From: Eledone cirrhosa
Lineage: Eukaryota
Assembly (NCBI GenBank): GCA_964016885.1
Contig: OZ024750.1
Span: forward strand, 3,534,001-3,598,000
Length of the DNA stretch: 64,000 nucleotides
Direction: 5' to 3'
How positions within the stretch are numbered: position 1 is the first letter of the stretch; each line of letters starts with the position of its first letter. Position numbers and translations under genes: made by a program. The notes under the pieces were generated by a model that was not told the origin of the DNA, did not search any database, and worked only from the letters and a program-made list of their open reading frames with translations. Below are positions 25,441 through 39,180 of this stretch, piece by piece.

Positions 25441-28400
25441 TCTTACTCTTTTAGTCCTCAAAAAAACCTTACTTCTGAGTTTAGTGAAAACAAATCACAA
25501 ATGACTAATAAGCATTACAAGGCCATGGTAAGCTAAGCTAAGCTTTCAACAAACTTTGTTCTTGATAGAAACTATTTTCAGTTCATCTATGTTACTTGAA
25601 AAAAAAAACATGAACACCACAACGCTACATTCTTACTAAAGTGTAAATCTGAAGTATTGTAAATATAAGGAATCAATGCTGAAGAGAAACCAAAATATGA
25701 TACCATACAATTCTGTGCTAATGATGCTATGTGATACTCTGGAGAGTTGTGATATCAGAAATATATAAATACTGCATTGACAATACATACATGTATATTA
25801 TTTAAGAATGGGTGTATTTGAACTGTATGACTTGCTACTGAAAGAACAGGCACATTTTTGGTACAATCAACCTATTTTGTATCTCTTGAATTTATATTTT
25901 TAGTCATTTATTTATTCCTTTGTGTTTTGTGGGGTTTGGAGATTTTTTTTTTTTTTTTTTACTTTAAACACTTCTTTTCTTTCAACCAACAAATAACTGC
26001 AATAAGAAGCTGATAGGAGTATAATATTTCAGAAACATATGTCACTATAAAACATGAACAGTATCTAATGTTATATTCAATGATACAACTCATCAATCTT
26101 CTCTAATTCAGCTTTCATCTCTATATTCACAATTCTATAGAAATTTATTTATATGAAGAGACAGGTTATAAAGGAATACAAGTATACTAAAAGAATTCTG
26201 CTAAGGATTTAAATATCTGAAAAACATCTAAAGCCATATCTATTCAGATTCCGTTTACACATGTCTAAGTTACATAATATTATTTTCAGTATGTAATAGA
26301 ATAGTTTTAGCTATGTCTTCATTCAGAATACAGACATCCCCACTACCAGCAAAGTGCAATTGCTTAATGTAGATCTAGATAACACTGTTTAAATAAAAGG
26401 CAATGACGATCATAGCTTGAATGACATAATGAAGAGGAGGATGACGATTGATGTAGATTGATGAGAGAAGATAACAGTAAAAATCTGTTTAAGGATAAAG
26501 GTCATTATTTAGAATGAAGATGTCATAGATAAAATTTACGCAACATATGATATGCAATGAACAATGTGCTTAAACGGCTTTTGTTAGAATATTTCAATTA
26601 GGGAGTTTACCTTTTTATGTTAACTAAATATTATCTGATCTATGGAACTTCTTTTACAGAACAATTGGACTAATTTCTCAAATGTAAATCATGATTTGAT
26701 AATTCAAAACTACACTGCAACCACCACCACCACCATACTTATTACTATCAATGTCTCTACTACTTTTAGTCGGCAGCTGCACTTAAGGTTTTGTTTCACT
26801 ATACTGTCATAAGATCTGATAAATTTGCATAATATGATAGCTTCAACTATCTTTTGTCATTCAAGCTGTAAAGCCTAGTTTCCTTAAAACTAATCTAATA
26901 CTTCTAATATGCCCCTTTACGATCTGAGTTCAAATCCTGTCGAGTTTAGATTTGCCTTTCATCCTGACAGGGATCGCTAAAATAAAGTACCAGTAATGTA
27001 CTGGAGTTGATTTAATTGAATTTCCTTTCCCAAAAAAATTGTTGGCCTTGTGCCTAAATCAGAAATATATATATATATATATTCGTGTAGGTGACACAAC
27101 AAAAAGGACCCAGCACACACTGTAAATATGGTTGGCATTAGGAAGAGCTTCCAGCTGTAGAAACCAAACCAAAATCAGCCCCAGATGAGTGAAACACGGT
27201 CCTCTGACCTGATTCTTTCCCAAAGGATCTGCCTGTCCTACCCATGCTAGCATGGAAGATGGATATTAACTGATGGTATATATATAAATATATATAATAA
27301 AGAAAATTACCAATATCCTTTTTATAGTTTCAGCTACTTAGATATGAGTCACTTCTATTTTACTACATACCTGATTGAATAAGTCCTCCTTTTTGAACTT
27401 GATTATCACTGAATGCCTAGCTTAACAATCACATGTCATAACAGGCAGAGCTGAATGAGGGTCAACAACACAAAAATGTTGAGAGGGGAAAGTATTGACA
27501 CTAATATCGTTCTCAAAATGAAATATGTTCGTGTGTCATAAGGAGAAGAGAATTTTAACATTTGATTTCGGCCAGAGTTCTTTACAGAAGAAAGGATAAG
27601 TGTGTGAGAAGGCATGTTGCTCATGTCATATATGGAAGAAGTAGACCATGTGATATCTCGATACATAAATGATATACACATTCCTCAAAATACACCATCA
27701 GTGTAGAATTTTGTTCTATAACAAATCAGTGTGACAAGAGGTGGGAACTCAGATTGTATAGAGCCAGAACAGATACAGCAAGACGTCCACCCCACACCTT
27801 CCATCTGAGGCCCTAACCCAGAGGTTCCCTAAAATTTTTTTTTATTCATGGGGCATTTTTGAAAAAGTAAAAATATGCTGGCACACTTTATACCATAAAT
27901 TCAAAACTTTATTCAAGAAACTTTTTCATATATATTAGAATAACAAAGTTAAAACCTCATTTAGTCATTCCATGAGAGTATCTTGGTCAGCTTTTCAGTC
28001 TACTCTGGTAAATTATTTCATGATGTGAAATGTATTTAAACTGATATTTATAGACTTGCAAATTCATCAAATTCTAATGTTTTACTACCAACTAATAAAG
28101 TCAACAACAATGACAGCTGTGACAACAAGAGCAACATCAGAAACAGCAATAATACTATTGTTTTATTTATTTCTCATATCATGTGTTTTGTAAATAATGC
28201 TTTCTGATTTAGGTACAAGGCTAACGACGTAGTCAGACGCTCTAATGCTTCTGGCAATCCACCGCCCTAATAATAATTGTTTCTATTTTAGGCACAAGGC
28301 CAGCAATTACCCAGTACATTACTGGTACTTTATTTTATCGACCCCGTAAGGATGAAAAGCAAAGTTAACCTCGGCGGGATTTGAACTCAGAATGGCAAGA

Positions 28401-29014
28401 GCCGTAACTCTATGCCGATACTGCCAATCCACCACCCTTATTAATAAAAATAATAATGGTTTCTGATTTAGGCATAAGGCTAAGAATTTTGGGGGAGGGG
28501 AAAGTCAATTAAATCAACCCCAGTGTATTACTGGTACTTCATTTTATCGACGTTTCAGAACATTCTGATTGGACATATATATACACACACGATCTCACAT
28601 ATTGACAAATCCCTGAAGTTGTCTTGACTAAAAAAACTAAATTAATATCCTGTCACTTTTGTAAAGTGACTATTTCAAATTCTAGAAAAAAAAAAAAATT
28701 TAAATCTGAAAGAAAATACAGAGATACATACACACACATACATACACACACATACATACACACACATACATACACACACATACATACACACACATACATA
28801 CACACACAGACATATACACATACTTATGAGCATCTGCACAATTTTTCCACAGCAGCAATAAAAGTTGTCACAAAAAGATGGCAACATATATTTTGCTACA
28901 CACGATATATAACAATACCTAAACAAAGAAGAACTAATGAAGATGGGGAACATACTGATATTCATTTTTTATATTCCTACACTACTTTAGCATCATATTA
29001 ACTCTTAACCGGGC

Positions 29015-29665
29015 TTTACGTTGTGTTCTTGAGCAAGACACTTTATTTCACGTTGCTTCAGTTTACTCAGCTGTAGAAATGAGTTGTGACGTCACTGGTG
29101 CCAAGCTGTATCAGCCTTTACCTTTCTCTTAGACAACATCATATATAGTGTATATATAGAATATAGAGTATATATTGAGTATAGAGTGCATATATAGAAT
29201 ATAGAGTATATATTGAGTATAGAGTGTATATATAGAGTATATATTGAGTATAGAGTGTATATATAAAAGTTGTGACGTCACTGGTGCCAAGCTGTAACGG
29301 CCATTGCCTTTCCCTTAGACAACACCATATATAGTGTATATATAGTGTATACATAGAGTATATAGTGTATATACAAAGTTGTGACGTCACTGGTGCCAAG
29401 CTGTAACGGCCATTGCCTTTCCCTTAGACATCACCATATATAGAATATAGAGGGTGTATATAGAGAGTATATATTGAGTATATAGTGTATATATAGAGTA
29501 AGTTGTGACATCACTGGTGCCAAGCTGTATCAGCCATAACCTTTCTCTTGGACAACATCGGTGGCATGGAGAAGAGAGGCTGGTATGAATGGGAGACTGT
29601 TGGTCTTCCACAAACAACCTTGCCCGGACTTGTGCCTCGGAGGGGAACTTTATAGGTACAAATCC
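29015..29665 (+). mobile_element. CORE-type SINE with an internal ~58-bp segment amplified 4x and separated by (TATAGAG)-type spacers
   Basis: AGTTGTGAC(G/A)TCACTGGTGCCAAGCTGTA at 29082, 29268, 29377 and 29501. Confidence 0.82.
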
Positions 29666-30164
29666 GAGGGTGTCTTTTTCGATTCAGTAAACACCAACAA
29701 TAAAAACACCAAACAAAAACAACAGCAGTATACAGTAAACAGATGAAATTAATTAACAGGTGTGAAAGCAATGACTTAATGAATAAACAAAAAAATTAAA
29801 CTTTGTCTTACTTGTTAGTTATGTTATAAACATTAGCCAAAGGTAATCCAATTGAGTTTCCACAATTTTACCTCTTTTCACGAGCAGGTAAATTAATTAA
29901 AATGCAGGTATAATCAGTACTATGTTTTAGTCTTTCTCTACATTTCGTGCAAATATTTACATTGAAAAGGAAATATAAAACCCTTTTAGCAGTCACTATA
30001 CTATTGGCAATGTACTGAGTAGATTTACGTAACAGTGCCCAATAAAAAAGCTCATTAACAGGTGAAAACAGGTGTGTACACACAGAAAATCAATATATAT
30101 TTCTGGTTTTCGCATATAATTTGGGTTCAAATAATAATTATTTATTTTTGACAACATAATATTG

Positions 30165-30700
30165 TCAGGCAATATTTCTGTTATGAAATTGGCCAAAGCA
30201 CCATTTACATAATGGCACTTTACAAAACGAACACATGAAAGATGTTTCAATTTGGTAACCTTTAACGGTTTTTCTCTTTCGCAAAGAGCACCTTCTACAA
30301 AGTTTCTTCCTTCCATTAATTTTTCCTATTTTATAAAAACCAATATTTTCTCTATTTACACTACTTAAGTTAATTTTGATTTTCTCCCAGCTCTGTGATG
30401 CAACATCCACAAGAAATTTCATGTAGCAGAAGTCTTTTGGTGATGGCGGATCCTTCTGGCTTTTAGTGAATACAATATAAGAATTCACAATTGTTAAGTT
30501 TACTAAAAACCACAAAATATATCTCCCCCATTTCTTTACAAGACGTCCAACTGGGTACTAGGCACAATACTGGTCGGATTTGTCGATGCCCACACCCTTG
30601 TATTTATTAAAGGAAATATCTAATAAGGGTTTACCTTCAACCCCAACACCCGGTTGTTGGCTTGAAGACAAGAATAAAATTTGCCGTTTGTCCCTCTTCT
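30165..30700 (-). pseudogene. Decayed piggyBac (PGBD-like) transposase C-terminus with Cys-rich domain
   Basis: Minus strand: RDKRQILFLSS ... FNKYKGVGIDKSDQYCA*YPVGRLVKKWGRYILWFLVNLTIVNSYIVF ... CRRC...ETSFMCSFCKVPLCKWCFGQFH; in-frame TAG, N-terminal part absent. Confidence 0.88.
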
Positions 30701-31252
30701 GTCACGGCTTCGAAGAAAGTCTGTGGCAAAAACAAAGAAATAATCAGGTGGTTGGCCACCCTATGGTTGTGTGTGTTGTAGACCAGTGTTTTTTCATTGA
30801 AATTACGAATATTTATTACTGGTGTTTTGTTTTGTTGTTCGACTACGTCGTTATTTTACTTTCAATGGCGTGTTAGAAATTTTTTTCACTTTTACTATCA
30901 TTGTCGGATGAAAATTCAAAAATATATACTGCCAACCTCTTAAAACCAAAATGAGGAGTACCATGAAAAAAAAGTGCCCCAAAATGGGGAGATTTTACAC
31001 AATGAAAGCTATAACCATTTTCACAAGAGAAGACATCTCTCACACACCCAAAGTGGGTGGGAGATCTCCCCATCGGACGGGGAGAGTTGACAGGTCTGTG
31101 TATATTCAATTTATTCGAAGATAAATTGCTGTTATTTCCTTTTCTGTTTTCTTTGTAAATCATCGCGAGTAAAACCTTCAAAAATCGGCGTCTCTAAATT
31201 TCAAAAGCCATATTGATACGTACAAAAAAAAATCGGTCTTCGAACGTTAAAA

Positions 31253-31416
31253 CATGCATGGGCAGCCCTTTTCGAGCAGTGAGCTGCATAGAATGAGGTC
31301 CTACATAAGGCGGGCCGCACTACTAAAAGAATTCAAGGCAATTTTAAATTAGGCGTGCCATTCAGAAAGCCAAACGGGCAGTATGCAGCTCGGGGGCCGC
31401 AGTTTGTCCATGACTA
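31253..31416 (-). mobile_element. hAT-type MITE, same family as 49973-50118 in opposite orientation
   Basis: CATGCATGGGCAGCC ... GTTTGTCCATGACTA ends; 8-bp flanks CGTTAAAA / CATTAAAA (1 mismatch). Confidence 0.72.
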
Positions 31417-32579
31417 CATTAAAACAACAGGTGTTATTACAAGTTTCACTATATTTACTCTGGTATATTTGCGGTTAAGGCTTTATCTCGGATAATCTCG
31501 AATCTACGAGATTTTGATTACGATACCAGCTTTGCCTTTCGTGGTCGATAAAATAAAGTACCAGTAACGCACTTGGATCGATTTAATCGACATTCTCTTC
31601 AAATTGTTGGCCTTGTAGAGGCGGCAGTATCGGTAGAGCGTCAGACACCATGCTTTGCAGCATAGGAGTTGTGGCCCTTTACGTTCTGAGTTCAAATCTC
31701 GCCAGGTTAACTTTGCCTTTCATCCTTACGGGGGGTCGATAAAATAAAGTACCACTAATGCACTGGAGTATTTGCTGGGCTTGTGCCGAAAGTAGAAACA
31801 ATTATTATTATTATTATTATTATTTTGCTATTGATGTTTTACTGTTTCAATAATAAGAACCACAAGCGGTCCTTCATAACCAGCTGCCATTTTTTTGCCT
31901 TTGTCAGGAACAGTTGACAATAAATGTGTTGTTTTTCTGCTTTGTTTATACATTGTAATTTGCTGCAGGATGTCCAAGGCTGAAATTCCTTTGATCATAG
32001 GTTTACTTGTCCAGAACTTGCCTAAGGCTAATCAACAACAACCCCCACTCCTCACCCATCCATTTGACAGATTAGTTTATCTAGCATTAGTGTCAAGAAA
32101 CCATTTTATTAAAGAAATCAAAATAAAAGAAGTATAGCGCTAAGTGGTTTATACTGAAAAGGATAGGATAGCTTGATGTTTTTAATGGAGTTAAAACAGA
32201 TTTCTAACCAACATATCCTAAATTTATAATTGTTTTTGCGGGAAGGATGGACGAACAATAATTTAGCATTTTTCTGGAACCAAACACTGGAAAAATGTCA
32301 TGTTGCAAACAGTCTTATCAGTGAAGAAAAAAAAGCAGGAATAATAAACATTAAATAATAACAATGACATTATTTAACTCTTAACTTCCTGTAATGATTC
32401 AGCAGAAAATATTTAAAATCAAGTTTATTTATTTGGATGATTATAGTATTGCTACTAGTGAATGCATTAACCACAATGCCACATACCTTCACAAAGATTT
32501 TACCTTACTGTCATGTGATTCAATTTTGGTTTTGCCTGTAAAATCTCTCCAGTGATTCTTTCCTGAGACATTCTAACCA

Positions 32580-32692
32580 CAAGATGTTATTTATCTTGAG
32601 AACAATACCTTAATGACAGTATGAGCAGCCAGTTTCAACAGAAAGAGGTGAGAGAATTCTGGCCGGATATGGCTGGTTTAAATGCTAAAGGG
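32580..32692 (+). mobile_element. piggyBac-type MITE, 3' half only
   Basis: GAGAACAATACCTTAA...GAGAGAATTCTGGCCGGATATGGCTGGTTTAAATGCTAAAGGG|TTAA. Confidence 0.8.
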
Positions 32693-33469
32693 TTAAGTTA
32701 TTTTCTAAACACCAATTTAGTAATGAAAAATTTAGTTATATGCTTAAATCCATGCCAAAGTTCTTGAATATTTTCAAAATCATCAGCAATGTCTTTCATT
32801 AGAAATATTGCGATGGCGGAAGAGTAAAACTCTGTTGTCACCATTTCCACAACCGTCCAAAAGGTTGTGTTATTGTCTTATAAACCAGCATCAAAGTGTT
32901 GTTGACCAGTGTTTACAGTCAGTAAAGTCAATTGCTTTGATTTCTACACATCACAGAAAATAAATATTTCAGCCTAAAAACAAAAAACAATACAAAAAAA
33001 AAACTGTTTCTTCTGCAGAAGACCACTTAAACAGCAGTTTTGGCAGTTCTGTGATACTCTGACATTCAACAAAACATTCCAGTGTTTTACCACAACACCA
33101 ACCTATGCAGACTATCAAATCTAAAGTTCAACCATCTCTAATTGTAATCATCCTGATAACTATTTCCTTGCATGAGAACTGGGCAAGGTATTAGCTAAGC
33201 TATCACACACTAGTGAATTATATTTTCTCTGGGATTTATTTGTTTCCCTTCGTGTTTTGATATCTTTCTAACTTAACAAGTTCCAGATTATCTCATATAA
33301 CAACAAATTGACACACTTAAATTTCACTAATTTTCTTCTCCCCCACCCAACACCTCCTCCCACATCCCATATCACATATCTATTTCAGTAAAATGTTGAG
33401 AAATACGTATCCAGTTCATTCTCTATTGATTTCATACAGTAAATCAACACCATTTCTATAGATTTCATA

Positions 33470-33720
33470 TTGATTTCTTTAAATTAGGCACAAGGTCTAG
33501 ATATAGAGAAGGAAGTATAAATGACTATATTAACCCTAGCATATTACAGGTTATTGAATTCTTTAGATTAGGCACATGGTCTAGATTTTGATAGATGAGG
33601 AAGTATATATTATCAAATTAACCCTAGTATATTACTGGTTATTGAATTCTTTAGATTAGACACATGGTCTAGATTTTGATAGATGGGCAAGTATAGATGA
33701 CTAAATGGACCCTAGTATAT
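33470..33720. repeat. ~85-bp tandem triplication of a reversed SINE tail
   Basis: TTAG(G/A)CACA(A/T)GGTCTAGAT...CCCTAG(C/T)ATATT repeated 3x. Confidence 0.75.
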
Positions 33721-34955
33721 TTAAAGGGATTCATTTTATTGTGAAAGCATGTGACCTAATGATTACAGTGTTGGCCTCACCATTGTGAAACAACAGTGCT
33801 ATTGGTAGCTTGGGTTGAGGATTGAACAAACTAATTATGTCTTTTGGTAAAGACTCATCAGGAATCGTTTACCTCTTTCTACCATCCAAACAATTGAAAG
33901 AAAGTTGTGTAGAATTAGTTATAAAAATTGTTAACAAAAAATTTACATAATGGTTGCATGTTTGTATTATTTCACTTTCTCATTTATTTTGTACTATCAT
34001 GGTTTCTTTAACATCTTAATATCAATTTTCCTACAGTTCATATACTCTAACCCCTCAGCATCCAACCATTCTTCGTCTTCTTCTTCTTCCAATGCTCACC
34101 AACCCTTTGTTATACTGCAGTCTTCATTCTCTCAGAGCAACACTTGATGCTATTGTTGCTAACTATTTCCTTTGCTCATCAACATTCACTTCAATAGTTT
34201 AAAACCAGTAAAACCTGCACATTTTATGTTCAGTCCAGATATTACATTTCTTTTGTGTTTTCTGCTAAGGTTTCATTGTCTGCCATTGTAATTGATTTCA
34301 TGGACAAAAGCAGAAATAAATTATTTTCAATAAATGTATGATGAAATACAAATGAACTGTTAACAATTATTCTATTTGGTTTGGTATTTAAAAACTGTTC
34401 AAACAGTATCTGTTTCTAATAATTAGTTTCTTACATTATTAAAGCTTCTTCCTTTCTTTTCTGTAGAAAATATCTAATGTAATATTTTTGTTATTCTTCT
34501 TAATGTCAAAATAACCTAGTGTGTATGATAACTGATTGTGGCATATTAGTAAAAGGGATTTTGTTTTGATTACAAATATCATGTCTATTAGTAAACTGTC
34601 ATATGAATAATGTAATAATATGGATGTGTATGGGGCAAATGTGAACTCTGTAAGGCTCAGAGAAGACAACCTGTCTAGGAGAGCAGTAACTCTGAATAAA
34701 TACTTGCATAGAGAAGACGTAGATTGTGTAAGTTGTAGCAAAGGCAACCTATCTAGAAGAGCAATAACTCCAAGTAAAAAATTGATACAAGTTAGAAGGG
34801 ACACTTAATTCCTTGACAGACAGCTGTTCTGATGTTGGTGGTACAATAAAATGTATCCAGTCCATGCTGTAAGGTGGTTGGTGATAGGAAGAGCATCCAA
34901 CAAGAAAAACAATGACAAAAGTATGAAAAGTTCAGCCTAATAAGAGTTTCTGATA

Positions 34956-35153
34956 AGGCCAACAATTTTTCGGTGGGAGGGGGAATTGATTATATGGGTC
35001 CATATAATCAATTCCCCCTCCCACCGAAAAATTGTTGGCCTGCTGAGGTTAGCTTTGCTTTTCATCCTTACAGGGTTGATCAAATAAAGTACCAGTAATG
35101 TACTTTATTTGATCAACCCTGTAAGGATGAAAAGCAAAGCTAACCTCAGCAGG
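34956..35153. repeat. Two adjacent perfect hairpins (42-bp and 54-bp arms) inside a SINE
   Basis: 34956-34997 / 35000-35041 and 35039-35092 / 35100-35153 are exact reverse complements. Confidence 0.95.
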
Positions 35154-38100
35154 ATTTAAACTTAGACTCTAAAGGGATGTAATTCTAGTCATGATGTCCG
35201 ACACTCTACTGAAACTGTCATTGCCCTAAGTTTAACCTAATAATAAACAATAATAATTAATGCTTCCCAGACTATATCCATTAAAAAAATGTTTCAATCT
35301 ATTCAAGCTTTGTTCCTGAACATATATATATGAGGTCATGGGTTCAGTTCCACTGTGTAGCATCTTGTGCAAGTGTATTTTACCATAATCTTGGATAAAC
35401 CCAAACCTTGTGAGGGGAAACTGGACAGATGGAAATTGTTTAGAAGCCTGTCAGATAGGCTTGACCTGCCATTTAAAAGGCTAGCTATGTCACACTGATT
35501 CTACCTGAAGACCTAAGGTTTACATTAAGGGTACAGGTGTCTGTGGAATACTCAGCCACTTATATTTTAATTTAACAAGCAAGCCATTTCATTGACTGAA
35601 GGACTGGAAAAAGCAAATGTAACAACAACAATAACTGTTTATTAACAAATACAGCAAACTATATATTGTGTTTGCTCTTTTATCCTTTACCTAGATATGT
35701 TCATCTAGTACAGGACCCCTAGAGTTATCAATCTTTCTTTCTGGCCATAAATTTATACATTCAATTTGATTGCTAATTAGCCATTTGTAAAAGCTAGAAT
35801 TGTACTATTTTTGGCTCCTCATTAATTGATTGCTTCAATCTATCTCAAACGAATTATGATGGCCTATTCAATAAAGTGTGATAATAATAATATGATCATC
35901 ATTCATCTCAGTACAGTAAGTTTGTAGCTACATATCCTGATTTCTACATCTTTTATTTTTATTTTCTGTTAGACTAAACTGCTACATGGTGTGTGAGTTC
36001 TGAGTGTAAAGAAGACACGAATGAGCTATAAGTAAGGTAGGTGTGATTATAACACGAACACACCATCTAAGGCTGAATTGAAACGTTTAATTTGCTGAAG
36101 CTTATTGCAATAAAAATAAGTCACATCTTTAGAACAAATAATGAATTTGAAGAGACACACTCCTCTGGTGACTCAAAAACCAGATTAGTATCAAAAGACA
36201 AATATGTCTTTCCTTCAAATATTTCTGTTATTTCTAATTTTATTCTAGTGAGGAAACTTAGCTATGCTAGTTTTTCAGTTAAAGGCCTCCATCGGTCACT
36301 CAGGACCACAGTTTTGCACCTACAAAGTTCCCCACTGAGGCACAAGCCGAGGCAAGGTTTGTTTGTGGAAGACCAGCAGTAGGCCATACATTCCAGCCTC
36401 CCCTTCTCCACGCCACCCATGATGTCCAAGACAAAGGCTATGGTCAATACAGCTTGGCACCAGCAACATCGCAACTTATTTCTACAGCTCAGTGAACAGG
36501 AGCAATGTGAAATAAAGTGTCTTGCCCGAAGACAATGCATCACCCGGCCTGAGAATCAAACTCACAACCTTTCAATTGCACTAAGCCAGACACCTTCAGT
36601 TTTTCATTACTAATAAATATTTTAGTACTGAATAACTGTTGTAATTCTACAAAGTCCAAACACACCCTCTAGCAGGAATACTATTTACATCTAAGATGAA
36701 ATATTTTCTTTAATTATTCACATCCTAGATCAAAGGAAAGCTATATACTTGATTAACAATTTTTTTATTTTTTTTTATTGAAGCCCTTCAGCCGTCTGAC
36801 TTATTGTTTTGTTGAAAACATCTTTATACTTTTTTTTTTTTTTTTTTTTTCTATTAAACATCTTGAACTTATGAGGGTTGATGGTTGGCTGAAGAGTTCA
36901 TAGGCTGACCAAGATACTCTCATGGAATAACCAAATGAGGTTTATTTTTCAAAATAGTCCATGGAAAGAAACAATGCAGTTATTAAGAAGAATTGAAATT
37001 AATGCTTGCAAGATTTCACAGCCCTAGCATCACACACTCTCTCTCTTTCATCATCATCATCATACGTCCGTTTTTCCTTGCTTGCAAGGGCAGAACGGGT
37101 CCTATTTAGCACAGCATCTCTCCACTTGTCATGGTCCTTCGTCATCTCCTCCGTGAGCTTCAACGATATATATATATGGATGCCCTTCCTGGCACCAACT
37201 ATGTTATGGTGTGGACTGGGTGCTTTTTATCGTGGCACATAAGGGCATCTATAATTATGTATCCAGCGTTTTGATTGATAGCTATCAGTTTAAGAAAGAA
37301 AAACAAACCTGATTAATTAAATGATAGTTAATAGCACAGCTGGAGGGGGCAGGGCGATCCACCACGGGTGACTCTTTTATGAGGTGAGCTGCACTTTTAG
37401 GTCGGTTGTATATATTTATGTGGGGGAAGGGAACGATGAACCATAAACCAAGGGTTATACTTTTGTGGGGGTGGCAATTTTAGGTCTGTTGTATATATTT
37501 ATGTGGTGGGGACGATCAACCATCAACCATGGGTTACATTTTTGTGGGGGTGGCACATTTGGGTATGTTGTTTATATTTGAGTATGAGTGAGAACTCAAG
37601 AGCGGCCCCGGGCCACACGCAATCTAACTACGCCGCTATTCTTATGTAGTGAGACAAGTTTAGAGGCAAAAATGAAAGTAACAATAAGAGTATAACTTAA
37701 TCCTACTTATTTAGACTGGGAAATAGTAATGACGATAGAAGTGAATATAATGTCGTGATGCACGAGTTTCCTGATACACACGTATCGAAATAAACGATGT
37801 TCATGATATTACATAATTGCAAAGTTCACATTTTCCCCGCAAACAAATATGCTGACAATATAGCTAGCTTGAAATTACCAACACTAATACCATAGCTGTC
37901 AAAAGGCAATACATACACACATATATATCTATTACTTAATTACATAAATATTTCATATGAAAATATAGAATCGAAATGAAAGAAAATATTAAGTTAATAC
38001 TTAGTGTGTTAATCGGTCACACACGACAAGGGGTGCCGGAGCCTCCCTTTAATACTTTATGAAGCAAGCCAACACATTGGCAGTGTTACTGCGGGTGATA

Positions 38101-38739
38101 GCGAGGCTAAGATGTTGAAACAAACAAGCACCCTCACGGAACAATAACAATGAAAATGAATCAGAAAGAAGAGATTTGCACACCTACTGATTACACAATA
38201 CTAGAGGAAATGCTGATATTGCCCTCTAAAAAGTTTTGAGGTAGGACAGGTGAAAGTGAATGTGAGATGCTGACCGAACCAAGCATCTTTACAATCATCA
38301 CCTGATTTCATAAACTCGATTATAATCATTTCCCGATTATATAAGTTTATATAAAATTGTGGTGGTCGTATTACACTACATTATGTACTTATGTTACTTG
38401 TTCTTGAGAATCTACTTGGATTCCCGGATAATAGTCTAATTATTGGTAGGTCTTTCGTGGCTATTAATGATGACATCAGAGAGAAATTAAAGTACATTTC
38501 CTTGTATTTAAAGTCTTCAGAACAGAACGAAAAATCTATCTATCCGTACCTTATACGTTTCGCTGGCCAAAAAAAAAAAATCCTTCTAAAAAATATGGTA
38601 TTCGTTTAAAATATAGTTTTTTTTTGTTTTTTTTTAAATTTACTTTAAACTTCAACGAATAAGGTAAAAATTGAAACAAAGAAAAAAATGAGAGACAAAA
38701 GAAGGAAATATTTTAGTAATATCAGAGACGCTTTGGAAG

Positions 38740-39060
38740 TAAGCAGCGAGTGCGAAATGAGACGTCAGCTGTTGTAATAATGTTCGTGAAATAGTAGGCG
38801 GAAACTACCGAATACTTCCGACTGTTGTATGACAAACCGCGAGACCCCGAGGAGTTATCTTCAATAGAAGTCATCCTTTCTTGCATTCAATTTCGCTCTG
38901 TATATTTCTACTACTACTTCTACTTGTTGTTCGAACTGGCCTTGTATTTCCAGTCAATATATTACAGTTACCTTCGATCCAATGTACCACTCCGATAATA
39001 TTGTTAGGCTTCACACGTTGGTTATCATAGCCATTAATCGGTGACGTCGTTAAAACTCCC
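38740..39060 (+). promoter_or_regulatory. Probable AGPAT promoter / 5' region
   Basis: Repeat-free and relatively CpG-rich; CRE-like GACGTCA (38761) and TGACGTCG (~39042), ETS-like ACTTCCG (38814), just upstream of the first coding exon. Confidence 0.45.
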
Positions 39061-39180
39061 TCTGGCCTTTGGTCTTTATACGGACACTTTAATACCTTAC
39101 ACATCACACACCTAAAGGATATAAACTAAAAACAAACTTCAATATATTTCGCTTCACTTTTCTGCTATAAACCCACAAAT

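Noticed and set aside
29082-29560. CRISPR-like repeat-spacer layout
   Set aside because: Eukaryotic DNA with no cas genes; repeats are SINE pieces and spacers are related simple repeats of unequal length.
34030-34300. Minus-strand acidic peptide fragments (EEEEDEEWLDAEGLEY; MADNETLAENTKEM*)
   Set aside because: Short, interrupted by stops, with no recognisable family or splice frame.
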